From the NCBI RefSeq assembly GCF_006345805.1, contig NC_042999.1, positions 73,098,001 through 73,162,000 of the forward strand: 64,000 bases of DNA, written 5' to 3'. A model generated the notes under the pieces. That model ran no database searches, had not been told where the DNA came from, and saw only the letters and a program-made list of their open reading frames with translations. Shown one piece after another: positions 29,041 to 41,610 of this stretch (the stretch's first letter is position 1; each line of letters opens with the position of its first letter). The DNA comes from Octopus sinensis (taxonomy: Eukaryota). Position numbers and translations under genes: made by a program.

Positions 29041-29292
29041 CTTAGGGTATCTACGAGATATCGCCATCCTGAAAATAGCAGCCAGGATCTGACTCTAAAA
29101 CCACATTAAGTGTTCATATAGCACAAGGAGAGAAGATAAAAAGACAAAATAAAACTAGTAAAAAATTACTGGATAATTCCTTATTTTGTCTTTTTATCTT
29201 CTCTCCTTGTGCTATATGAACACTTAATGTGGTTTTAGAGTCAAATCCTGGATGTTATTTTCAGCATGACGGTACCTCGTAGATACCCCAAG
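29041..29292. repeat. Long inverted repeat (112-bp arms, 28-bp spacer)
   Basis: 29041-29152 versus the reverse complement of 29181-29292: 8 mismatches. Confidence 0.95.
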
Positions 29293-29412
29293 GGTAGAGT
29301 CGAGTTTGGTGAGATTTGAACTCAGAACGTAAAGACGGGCAAACCGTTTCGCGGCATTTTGTCTGGCGAGCTAACGTTTCTGCTAGCTTGCCGCCTTAAT
29401 ATAGATATATAT

Positions 29413-29600
29413 ATACAATTCAAATGTACACGAAGCAAAAGACGAAGACAGGCAAGGGAACAACAAACAAATGCATTAGTTTGACGCTTGAGAAGAACGG
29501 AAAAGTCTTTGACGTTTCAACCCTCCGTTCTTCGACAGAAGAGGATGAAAGGGAAAAAATGGAGAGAGAGAGAGAAAAACGGAAGGAGAGAAAATATGTA
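29413..29600 (-). mobile_element. Solo terminal repeat of PLE-A family (family 2), diverged
   Basis: aaaagacgaagacagg...attagtttgacgct...aaagtctttgacgtttc matches 11775-11860. Confidence 0.7.
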
Positions 29601-29632
29601 GAGATTAACAGTTTAACATGGATATAAATATA

Positions 29633-29820
29633 TCTAATACATATGTGGGAAATTCTGTCTGTGGGTCTGTTTGTGGAGTTGTTGGCTAACTCCTCCTACA
29701 TCGTTTTATCGATTTTAATGAAACTTGACACGTGAGTAGAACTCATGTCTGGAAACCTCATGGTATACTCAGATTGTTGAAAATATTGATAATAGGGCCT
29801 CTGAAAGGGATCCTTATATA
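29633..29820 (+). mobile_element. Helitron-type element 5' fragment
   Basis: tctaatacatat...ctgtctgt...aactcctcc...atcgattttaatgaaacttg head pattern. Confidence 0.45.
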
Positions 29821-30054
29821 TATCTAATATATTTTATTTTAAAAGCCAAGGGAAATAACCCATTCATTTCCCTAAATTATTTGGTATAAATCAAATTAAG
29901 TATGCTTATTTCTTAATATTTGAACTGTTAAAGTTATTTTCGCAATTTATCCAGTACAATCATTAAACAAGTAAATAGTATTTTCCTAAACAGTAGATCC
30001 AATTTTTCGGTTAGTGATTTATTCACGAATATACCAACACTAATGCCCCTGAGG

Positions 30055-30196
30055 CATATATATATGTTTACATATTTGTATGTATATGTCTGTACATATA
30101 TATTATATATATATATATATATAAATATATTATATATATATATATATATATAATATATATATTATATATATATGTATGTATATATATATGTATATA

Positions 30197-30250
<54 letters not shown>

Positions 30251-30305
30251 GGTGCCCCAGCATGGCCACAGCTCATGAGCTGAAACTGGAATCAATCAAT
30301 CAATC

Positions 30306-30360
<55 letters not shown>

Positions 30361-30438
30361 TGTTATTAATGGATGTATATATATATATATGTGTATGTAT
30401 ATATATGTATATTATATATATGTATGCATCTATATATG

Positions 30439-30472
<34 letters not shown>

Positions 30473-30497
30473 CTATATATATGTATGTATGCATATA

Positions 30498-30547
<50 letters not shown>

Positions 30548-30568
30548 ATATATATATGTATGTATGCA

Positions 30569-30641
<73 letters not shown>

Positions 30642-30650
30642 CATATATGT
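30055..30650. repeat. (TA)n-rich microsatellite block
   Basis: Direct reading. Similar blocks at about 10690-10940, 31780-32030, 32280-33270, 37860-38210, 54600-54785 and 58970-59210. Confidence 0.95.
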
Positions 30651-30957
30651 ATGTTATACAGGTACGGCAGAAATACTTCCCACATTTTAAATCTTTCACC
30701 TATTTGTTGCTAATGAAATTATGCAAGTGCCAATGATATTTTCATTTAGCTAATGAACAAAAACTGTAACCCTTTGTTTAAACAATTGTAAAATTAATTT
30801 TTCATAAATGTTGTTTCTTTTTCCTTTTGTCAAACTTTCAAATGTGGGACGTATTTCTGTCGCACCCTGTATATATGTATATATATTATATCTATGTATA
30901 TATATTTATGTATGTATATATATGTATGTACATATATGCATATATATGAATGTATAT

Positions 30958-31036
<79 letters not shown>

Positions 31037-31488
31037 TATTAGGGAGTTAGGAGAGGTATGATAATCCAGGTATTTAGCACAGGAAGCACTGGCACGGACG
31101 ACGGCTGTTTGAAAATTGCAAAAGGGGAATGTGGCAAGCAGAAACCGATGTTGCGTATAAACAGAAAATCTCTAGGTTACACTTTCGTTGTAGACTATAG
31201 ATATTAGAAATAGAAGACAGTTTCTTCGATTTTCTTTTCTTTTCTTTTTTACTAAGCAATTCACAAAATATTTTGTGTATTGTTATTGTATTTTGTAAAC
31301 AGTTCAGATGAAACAACTCTCTGAGCTGCTAGGTAATATAATTTACATATAATGCATGGCTGGATCATTGTTAGCTCAGATATAATGTGCGAATAGCCAC
31401 CATGGAGTTATTGAAACAATTGTCGACTATAAAGTAAAAGTAATAAATCCATAAACTCCAGTCTCCAATAAACACATTATATATATAT

Positions 31489-31538
<50 letters not shown>

Positions 31539-31857
31539 ATATATATATTATGTATATATCTTTTACTTGTTTAAGTCAGTATATTGAGGCCATAATGTGG
31601 CACTTCCGTCGAGAATTTAAGTCGAACGAATCCACCCCAGTATTTATTCATTTTAAGCCTGGTATTTATTCTGTTTGTCTCTTTTGCTGAACCGCTACGT
31701 TACGGTGACTTAAGCACACTGACATCGGATTTCAAGTGGCGGTTGGGGACAAACACATACAAAGACACACACACAAGTATACATACACGCGCCCAAATAT
31801 ATATATATATATATATTATATAAACATATATATACATATATATGCATATATATATAT

Positions 31858-31909
<52 letters not shown>

Positions 31910-31914
31910 AATAT

Positions 31915-31962
<48 letters not shown>

Positions 31963-31976
31963 TATATAATATATAT

Positions 31977-32015
<39 letters not shown>

Positions 32016-32143
32016 ATTAATTAATAAGGGTGAGAGAATTAGATACAAATTTAATAGTATATCTATTCAACACCAGTGGCCTAGTGCTCCGAGAAACCTG
32101 GATTATTATAATATTTTATAATATATTATAATATTTTTACAAA

Positions 32144-32286
32144 ATAAATATAAGAGAGTGGTCACTATATGGCTCACTCTAGCACCAGTTAATCCAAAAA
32201 ATCCAAAAGGTTAATCCAAAGGTTGAAACCTTTTGGATTAACTGGTGCTAGAGTGAGCCATATAGTGACCACTCTCTTATATTTAT
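32144..32286. repeat. Perfect inverted repeat (56-bp arms)
   Basis: 32144-32199 is the exact reverse complement of 32231-32286. Confidence 0.95.
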
Positions 32287-32322
32287 TTATTTTATATTTA
32301 TATATATATATATATAATAAAT

Positions 32323-32430
<108 letters not shown>

Positions 32431-32459
32431 ATATATATATATATAAATATATATATAAA

Positions 32460-32596
32460 ATATTAGTTATCGCCATACTAATATGGCATTCTTATAAAAA
32501 TAAGAAAAAAGCTGACCGCTTATTAGCTCCATATTTTCCGGGAACGCTGCCGTTGTTCTCTTTTAGAGAGACTTAGTAATTTTAATATTTCTATTA

Positions 32597-32597
<1 letters not shown>
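32460..32597 (+). mobile_element. Short relative of the 52846-53140 element
   Basis: tagttatcgccatactaatatggca is the reverse complement of about 53055-53080; tttagagagacttagtaattttaatatttctatta is a direct match to about 53102-53136. Confidence 0.6.
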
Positions 32598-32657
<60 letters not shown>

Positions 32658-32690
32658 AAATATATATATAATATGTAATATATATATATA

Positions 32691-32726
<36 letters not shown>

Positions 32727-32811
32727 ATGTGTATATATTATATATATATATATTATATATATGTGTGTGTGTGTGTTATATATATATACATGTGTATATA
32801 TATTATATATA

Positions 32812-32943
<132 letters not shown>

Positions 32944-32983
32944 ATACTTATCAAACTTTGATACTGATTAGAAGATCGAAAAT

Positions 32984-33026
32984 CCACCTGAAGATTGTCG
33001 GAGCAGACATGAAACATTTGTAGTGG
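32984..33026 (+). ncRNA. Type I HHR motif
   Basis: CCAC-CTGAAGA-TTGTC(GGAGCA)GACAT-GAAA-CA(TT)TG-TA|GTGG; U-U mismatch at the base of stem II. Confidence 0.6.
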
Positions 33027-33150
33027 CGGTTTATTTAATTATATTAAATTTTATGTATTGATTAAGTCTTTCCTTGTTTGGTTTTAAAATAGTGGTTTTG
33101 TCTCGAATTATATTATATTATATATATATATTATATATATATATATATAT

Positions 33151-33260
<110 letters not shown>

Positions 33261-33379
33261 TATATATATGTATTTTCGTCAACGAAATCCACTCACAAGA
33301 CTTTGGTCGGCTCTTGGCTTGAGTAGAAGAGACTTACTTGCCCAAGGTGCCACACAGTGGAACAGCGTTTAAGGCTTTC

Positions 33380-34350
33380 CCCTTATCTTTTCATAATTGT
33401 CTTCTCCCGATATCCATTGATTGTCACAGCTATCCTATCTATTTTATTATTTTGCTTCTAGGGTCTCCCGGGGTCTATTAGGTGAGATTCTTGTTTTAGC
33501 TTAACTACTACCATTCACCAAAAGGATTTGTGTAGTTCAACTCAATTTCAACGATCCTTCGCAGTATCCAAAGAATAACGTTGTTTTCCGTCATTTGAGA
33601 ACATCCCACCTCTTTTAGACGACGGGAATTCATAACATATGTGATTCACCGGTGTGAAGACATCGACCTTATTGCCTTTCTCAGTCAGAGTTATCTCAGA
33701 TCGACGAATTTGCTTAGACTACATACAGGCTTTTGTTTTCAGGAATCAGTAAATCTCAAATGGACTTGTGATAGATACATTATCTCGCACCTAGAACTTT
33801 ACATGCCTTTGCTGCCCTGAAGTAAGAGGTAGCTCCCAAATACCAGATCAATAAGAGAGATAAATGTGCCTCTAAAAACCCATACCATGACAAAATTGTC
33901 GGTTGCGACATACTAGTGAACGATGTTACGCACATCATCATCATCTGTCCACAAACGCCAGTATACTATGATTTTTAGCATTATAAATTGTTTTAGCATC
34001 ATGCTATTTCTGCAAAAATCATTTATATTAAATAACATTTATAGGAAGGATTGTTCTAACAGCCATACAACCAGAATGTATTTATGCCTCATACACTTCT
34101 CATGCAATGAAAAATAATGCTATTCACTGAGACAAATAAATCTTTACAAGGAAACGTTCATATGTTGCTATTAGAGATCTCAATAATCTATCACTTACGA
34201 AGAAGGAAAATGAAGACAAGAAATTTTCGGTGTTTAAATAAACCTAAATCCAGAGGATCTCTTCACTATGCACGTGACTCACTAGACTTAAAATTATATA
34301 AATGGTCCTCTGCAGTGTCAAGGTGGCTCGAATAAGGACGATCCTTCCTG
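33380..34350 (+). mobile_element. Old L1/Tx1-like LINE 3' fragment
   Basis: Frameshifted C-x2-C-x8-H-x4-C knuckle (CRL/CDILVNDVTHIIIICP) near 33895-33950; otherwise heavily decayed. Confidence 0.4.
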
Positions 34351-34547
34351 GATTTGACATCTGCTCAAAGAGCAATACAAAAATATCATTTCTCGGGCAA
34401 AGAAAGAGTAAAATATTGAACTCTTAAATATACTCTACTCACAAATTACTTCGCTGATCGATTAACACATATAATTATATCAGAATAGCAGAATCAATGA
34501 ACATTCTTGATGTAAATTAGGCTTCAGGACCTAACAAAAGTACTTAC

Positions 34548-34712
34548 CTGAATCGAGATTTCTGGATGGTTTCAGATACAGACCGTTCATATCGACAAAT
34601 GCATAGATGATATGGGTGCACAGATATGGATCGATATTTTCTGGTTCGAATCGGCCGATACCAAGCCTGTCATTGGCAGAACTGCTGTAGTAGCAGACAA
34701 CTTTGCGATTAC
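34548..34712 (-). CDS. GH18 chitinase coding exon 2
   Basis: ttgcag acceptor and GTAAGT donor; 165 bp, phase 1 to phase 1. Encodes NRKVVCYYSSSANDRLGIGRFEPENIDPYLCTHIIYAFVDMNGLYLKPSRNLDS, containing the GH18 VCYY and IDPxLCTHxxYAF motifs. Confidence 0.96.
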
Positions 34713-36801
34713 CTGCAATAAATAAACAAACAGATAAATAAATAAATAAATAAATAAATCATAGTTTATTACAAAGGGCGAAGGCTTGAAATTTGTGGGT
34801 GGATGTTTGTTAGTCGATTAAATCTCCCCCACTACTTGACTAGAATTAATTCCGGCGGGATGAAAGACAGATTTGATTTCGACGGAATTTGAAGTCAGAA
34901 TGTAAAAAGCTGTAATTAAATATACCATAAAGAACTTTGTCTGAATATTTTACGGTCGTACCAATCAACTGTCCCCAAAGAAAGGTAAATAAATGAATAA
35001 ATAAATAAATAGTAAAAACATAATTATTTACAAAACCTCAAAATGCTGTTCAGTCCATTATATTATTCAACTGGTAATTATTTCATCAACTTGGGAGGTT
35101 AAAAAGGTTAAATCGTTTTCTGCCGGATTTGAACTCAAATCATAAATATCTTCTTCGTCATTCCTCCGGTTCTACCACTTCATTAATGCTCAATTGTTAA
35201 CCCTCGAAATAAAGAGAAGCAAAGTTGACCACGGTGAGTTTGAACTCAGAACATAAAGGGACCTAACGAAAGTGATTCTCGCCGACACTGTATTGATTCA
35301 GCAATACCACCTCTTGTAATTACAGCTAGGAGGAAATACGCCTTTTATGGACGTTCTTATTTTTATTTCATTACTTAAATTTATAAATCTTCATCACATT
35401 GTTTCATTATATTAACGATTTTGAAGGCGACGTGATGGCAGAATCATTCCAATTGTTTGCGTTCTTAGTTCGAATCCTGCCAAGGCCAACTTTACTTTTC
35501 ATCTTTTTGGGGATCAATAAAATAAAGTACTATTCAAATACTTAGATCAATGGTATCGAGTCATTTCTCCTTTCAAAACTGAGGGCTCTGTGCCATAATT
35601 AAAAAGCACTGTCAAAGATATCCATCATGTCATTGATTTAGTTAAGTTTGTTTAGTGTAACACTCGAACATATGCGGTGACAAGCAGAATAATATGTATA
35701 TAATGATATACCAGAATAATCATTTCTTACATAGGCACAAGGTCAGAAATCTGGGGAAAGAGTAACTCGATACCACTGACAACAGCACTTGACTGGTACT
35801 TTATCTCATCGACCCCGAAATAATGTAAGTCGAAATTGGCTTCGACGAAATTTGAAATTATAATGTAGAGTTGGAAGAAACTCTGACATTTCTGTCAATC
35901 GACCGCACTTGGTCGACGACAACAACAACAACAACAACGGTGTTAGGGATAACAATAATAATAATCTTTTTTACTGTAGGCTATGAAATTTTGAGTGCTT
36001 GACTGGAACTTATTTTGTTAACACCAACAAAATGAAATGCAAAGTCAACCCTGGCAGAACTTGAATTCAGAATGTAAAGACGGACGAAATGCTGCTATGC
36101 ATTTCGTCCGGTATGCTAATTCTGGACAAAAAATGCTTAGCTGCATATAGTTTTTCTTTACGTTCTGAGTTTAAGTTCCGCCGAAGTTCCTTTTTTAAGT
36201 TTGGTACTTATTCTATCGATTGTTTTTGACGGGAACAGTAATAACTGAGTAACAAAATATCTAATTCTTCAGTTGTCATAACATCGGCCAATAGTTGGTT
36301 GGTAATCCTGACACTCGTAACATTTCCTTCATTTTCTAATCTTCTGAAAAAACTCGAGAAAAAATGTTTCTTTTTCTCAATTCAAATAGGGAGTTTCTTC
36401 GCGGTCACTCGAGCTATTAGAAACAACAGCGAAATCTCTTTTAAATCACATCACTTCATCTTATATCAAGAAAGGCACATTTTATAATGTAGAAATGTAG
36501 GCCAAAATATACCAAAATTACAAGATGGGCATGGCCAAAACACCTTTGATAAGTAATGTCATCTATCAGAGCTAACATGGGTCCAAACAACAACAACAAT
36601 TAGTATTTTTACACGATGAAATCTAACTTCATTTAAACAAAGTCTAATAGGTAGGAATTAGCGAGAACAATCACCAAAAATGTCGTAGAAAGTGTATCCA
36701 AAGAACTAATATTCATTTGGCGCAAGGAGCAAAAATTTCAAAGCAAAAAACCTACTACAGATTAACGAATGTTTTCTCATTAATCTAATATCAGCACATA
36801 C

Positions 36802-36877
36802 CTTCGATGTTCTGGAATAGGAATGCCCACACCAAACACAACTGCAGACACAAGGCACATATTCGAGCAGACGACAT
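36802..36877 (-). CDS. GH18 chitinase coding exon 1 (signal peptide)
   Basis: Reads ATG...MSSARICALCLQLCLVWAFLFQNIE+G, then a GTATGT donor. The phase-1 end joins exon 2 to give G-NRKVVCYY. Hydrophobic N-terminus is signal-peptide-like. An alternative in-frame ATG lies at 36886. Confidence 0.85.
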
Positions 36878-36959
36878 TTTCACCATCACAGCAACAACCC
36901 GGGATACAGGAGCAACGTTTCTTACCAAGTATCAGAGTATTTTTGACTCTGATCCATAC

Positions 36960-37070
36960 GACATCGGGTACAGATATACCCGTTCAGTTCCGGGTATTGG
37001 AGGGAGGAACAGAGGGAAGTAATGTAAATAGGGGAAAATCGTATAGTTGCGTTAAATGGCCAATCAACGT
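36960..37070 (-). promoter_or_regulatory. Putative chitinase proximal promoter
   Basis: Unique sequence just upstream of the ATG, with a CCAAT box (GGCCAATC, 37058-37065) and a pyrimidine-rich stretch. No strong splice acceptor precedes the ATG. Confidence 0.3.
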
Positions 37071-37183
37071 GTCGTATATGGGGCAGGGTTGAGTGTATGC
37101 ACATGTACGTTTAATAGCTTGCCAGTGTGCATGTGTGCGCACACATTTGCGTGTGTATTTGTGTGTGTGTATGTGTATATGCA

Positions 37184-37224
<41 letters not shown>

Positions 37225-37873
37225 GTAGGTCTGTATGTTGGTATGCATGTGTCTATGTATGTTTGTGTACACATACGTATAATATATATTATATATATAT
37301 ATATATATATAAATATATGCGTGTGTGTGTGTGTGTGCGTAATTTCAGTTGTCCAATGAGAATGCCCTGTAATGTTATATATATTTATATAATTTTTTTT
37401 TATACTCTTACCTCTCCCGACCAGTCGAAATCTCAAAGTCAACACCACATCACTGCCAAATCAACCACTACCACTTCCAAGAACAACACTGCTTCACTAT
37501 CACCTCGCCCATCGGTATCACTGTCACACAACCCTTCCAAAAGTAAACTATTAACAAAACAACAGTAGCAATTACAGACAAATCTTTATAAAACGATGAA
37601 TTTGGCTAAAAGGATTTTTTTAAACGTCTATGACAAGACTGAGAATATTTTATAAAGGAAATTACGATCTTTAACTCTCTCTCTCTCTCTCAGCTTCCCT
37701 CTTTCTCTCTTTCGACAGCATACACAGACACACGCATACAGACACACATAATCACTCAGACACAGATACAGACACACAAACACACGCACATACAAACACA
37801 ATGTCTAATTGCACAAATGCATGTATATTTACAAGTATTTATTTATCAATCTATGCTATATATATGTATATGT

Positions 37874-37926
<53 letters not shown>

Positions 37927-37975
37927 ATATATATATATATTATGTGTATATAATATTTATATATATATAATATAT

Positions 37976-38006
<31 letters not shown>

Positions 38007-38022
38007 GTATATAATATATATG

Positions 38023-38053
<31 letters not shown>

Positions 38054-38101
38054 TATATATATGTATATATTATCTATATATATATATATATTATATATAA
38101 C

Positions 38102-38211
<110 letters not shown>

Positions 38212-38869
38212 AAATGTATTTAAAAACTTTCATTCGATTTGAGGTCATGCTGTGATACCACCTTTGATAATTTCGTCAGTGTATCGACCTCAGTTATTAA
38301 TTCAGACAGGCACTAATTTTAACGAGCGCCATTTACCGAATGGCTTAGAAACTTTGAGCATAAAGGAGCACATCCCCGGTTTATACACACGCTCACAGGT
38401 GCGCAAGCGTACACACACACACCACACACACACACACGCACACACAACACAAAGTGTGCGGAGCAAAAATGTAGCGCTTATTATAAAAGTACACTAAACA
38501 ACTTCTTGGACATTAGGGTTTCATATCATAATACCATTCAATAGCGAAATAAATGTACAACAAATGATATACAAAATAGATTAACTATAATAAAAGTTTT
38601 GAAATTTATTGAAGCGGCGTTTTGCTTGGATTATTCCACTTAATGGATATTTTTATCAAGTCAATTATTTTACGAAAAATCTCTAAGAGTTCATAACTTT
38701 TGTTAAACGTTAGATTTTTTATGCACCGAATATGTATATGCAACAAGGATCATGTATACAAAAAACTGATTAACTAGACATAGAAGATATAGTTAGTATT
38801 TTTATGGAATGTTTGAATTATTTTGTAAAATAATTGATTGGGCGAAGTATTTAAATTCCAGTTATATCT

Positions 38870-39175
38870 TATATCTTTTACTTGTTTCAGTCAATAGACT
38901 GCGCCATGCTGAGACACAGCTTTGAAGAATTCTAGTTGAACGAATTGGCTCCAATACTTACTTTTTCAAAGCCAGGTACCGGTCTTTTTTGCTGAACCGC
39001 TAAGCTTGTTGTCAAGCGATGGTAGGGGACCAACACAGACACAAAGACACACGCACAGAGATGCAGACACACATGCACTGTAGTTGAAGACACTTGCCCA
39101 AAGTACCACGCAGTGGGACTGAAACTGGAACAATATGGTTAGGAAGTAAACTTCATACCATATATCTGCGCCTGA
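38870..39175 (-). mobile_element. SINE family A, internally deleted
   Basis: Tail at 38870 and head (caggcgcag) at about 39170. Confidence 0.7.
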
Positions 39176-40654
39176 ACTTACCTGAATAAATATTAAAAAC
39201 TTAATTGATAATATAACGAAGCACAAATCCAGCTTATCCTTTGATTAGGAATTCTTTAACTGCATTAAAAGACAAAGGCTTGAAAGACAGAATATATTAC
39301 ATACCAAATAACACTAATACTCATAGCATAAACATTAGAAACAATGTCATATGGTATAATCTTCCTTATAGTTTAAATATTCGTTTCATTCGTGCTAAGA
39401 TTTTCTTAAACTTTATAAATAATCATTTCCCCGTAGACCATAGATAGCGTAATATCTTCAATGGAAATACCACTAAAGGAAATTGCTGAAATTTCGCTCC
39501 CTTCGAAGAGAAGAAAACTTTCCAGTAAGATCACGTAAAACCTTTCTCTTGTGTTAGTGTATCTAATGTCTGACTTTCCAATCATATACGTCTCTGTAAG
39601 GCATTGGTCTACTGCACTAGGTCCCTTTTAAAAAATAGAATTTTAACAAAAGCTGTGTAGGAAAAACTAAAAATCCTTTTCAAAAATTCTCAAAATATCT
39701 CTATACATTCATATTTTAAGAAAGACCTCTAACAAGCTCACTGTCAAAACATCTTGAGTTTAAAAAATGACAATATTAACAATAATAAAATCATTTGGTC
39801 CATATAATGTGTTATCCTCTAATAATATATCCAGAAAGTGTAGTCTTTGCTTCTCGGTGAAGTATAATATCCTTTTGCAATTTTTAACAAAAAATTGGAA
39901 TTGATGAATATTTGCGGTCATTTCTATCATTATTCATAGAAAGAATTTCCAATTCCCAAATAGCTAAAATTGTCTCCTACATAATGGACTTTCCGTACTT
40001 AGGGAAAAGCAGACAATTATTTATCAACACTAAAATTCAAAAAGCAATAGATACTATTTTTGTTTTATGAATTACATGTACATCATATTGAAGACATGAA
40101 ATTATCGCATTGTTTTGTAGGTGAATAGATGAATACACGATACGTATTCTGCTTATAATAAACAAGCAAATGAAAGTAAGCCGAATTTTCTGTTTTTCAG
40201 TACAAAAATATCGATGTGTTATGAATATTTTTATTTCTTAAATATATATTGACTCTCAACTTTTGAATAATAATACCGTGAAAGTCAGTGCTGCGATTCA
40301 AAAACTGCTGGTTGCGACTTCTAATGAAATATAAACCCTATATGTTATGCATTGAGTACATTTTCTTCGTTTGCTAGCACAAAAATTCATCAATCCATAT
40401 ATGTGTGTGTGTGTATCAGTATATGTGTGTGTGTGTATATATGTGTGTATGCATGTTGCATGTATGTGCTCCACATCTCACACATTAAAATGCAAACATA
40501 TAGACCATGAAGTGACCAATATTAATCTATACCTGATATGACACAAATACACCGATTTGTATTAACCAATGACCTATGTTAAAGGTATGTTACTAACAAG
40601 AGAAGTTTATGATTATATTTATCTCTTTTTCTCAGTCACTTTCCCCCAACCCTC

Positions 40655-40702
<48 letters not shown>

Positions 40703-40703
<1 letters not shown>

Positions 40704-41310
40704 TAGCAGAGATACCCGGCGTTGCCCGTGTTACATACAATTGAAGAATTAGACTTTACTGTCATATTTTCTCTAATGAACTGGAATATCTATGTTCCGA
40801 ATTTCATCAAAATTGCAGATGAGGGTTATTTCCCTCTTTACACCCCCCCCCCAATATTGTAATCGTGCCACATATATCCCATACTACTGATTTTTATGCG
40901 CATATTCCAAAATTCCAGTCTTATTGAACCTTTTAAAAAGATTTCTCCCCTGAAAAATGAAGGTCATAGAGCTCTAAAATGTGAGAGTTAAGGCCCCTGT
41001 TGAAGGTGGGCATTTTAATGTCAACCAGAGAAGTTGAATTGTTGAGAATCTTTTTTACTTGGGTCTTATAACCGAACCGAACCGAGCCGAACCGAACCGA
41101 ACCGAACCGAACCCTTTGTGAGGGTAAAAACAACGCCATAGCGCTCACTGTGGTGTCGTAGCCGTGGACAGTGAGCCCGATGGCGCCCAGAGCGAGCCCA
41201 TGACACTCCATGGACCCTAAGTAAGGCATGTGTAAAATTTGAATGAAAGTGGTTGTGTAGTTCTCATGTTTTAGGGAAACAGACAGACACATTATCAGTA
41301 TATATATATT
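40703..41310 (-). mobile_element. Non-autonomous Helitron-type element
   Basis: Minus strand ends cacgggcaacgccgggtatctctgCTAG followed by T; begins with an (AT)-rich head and ctgtctgt; internal (CCGAA)n at 41071-41113. Confidence 0.75.
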
Positions 41311-41315
41311 ATATA

Positions 41316-41357
<42 letters not shown>

Positions 41358-41454
41358 ATATATATATATATTATATATAATAAAGAGACAAAAAGAGAGT
41401 GAGAGGAATCGAAAGAGAGAGAAAGAACGGAAGAAAGAAAGAAAGCACGGGTTG

Positions 41455-41610
41455 CCGTTTTGACACTGTCGTCGAGATCAAAACCGAATCGCAGAAGGTG
41501 CTCAACTTGCTTATGGAAAACGACTTCCAGACCGGATTCCAAAAGTGGTAGGAACACTGAAACCGGTGTATTGTTGCGTAAGGTGACTATTTCGAAGGTA
41601 AATAAGTTAT
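41455..41610 (+). mobile_element. Mariner transposase C-terminal fragment
   Basis: RFDTVVEIKTESQKVLNLLMENDFQTGFQKW*EH*NRCIVA*GDYFEG. Confidence 0.8.

Noticed and set aside
39175-39200. ttttaatatttattcAG|GTAAGT on the minus strand, resembling a recursive splice site
   Set aside because: It lies upstream of the apparent first exon and at a SINE edge. It would matter only if a more distal 5' UTR exon were shown by RNA-seq.
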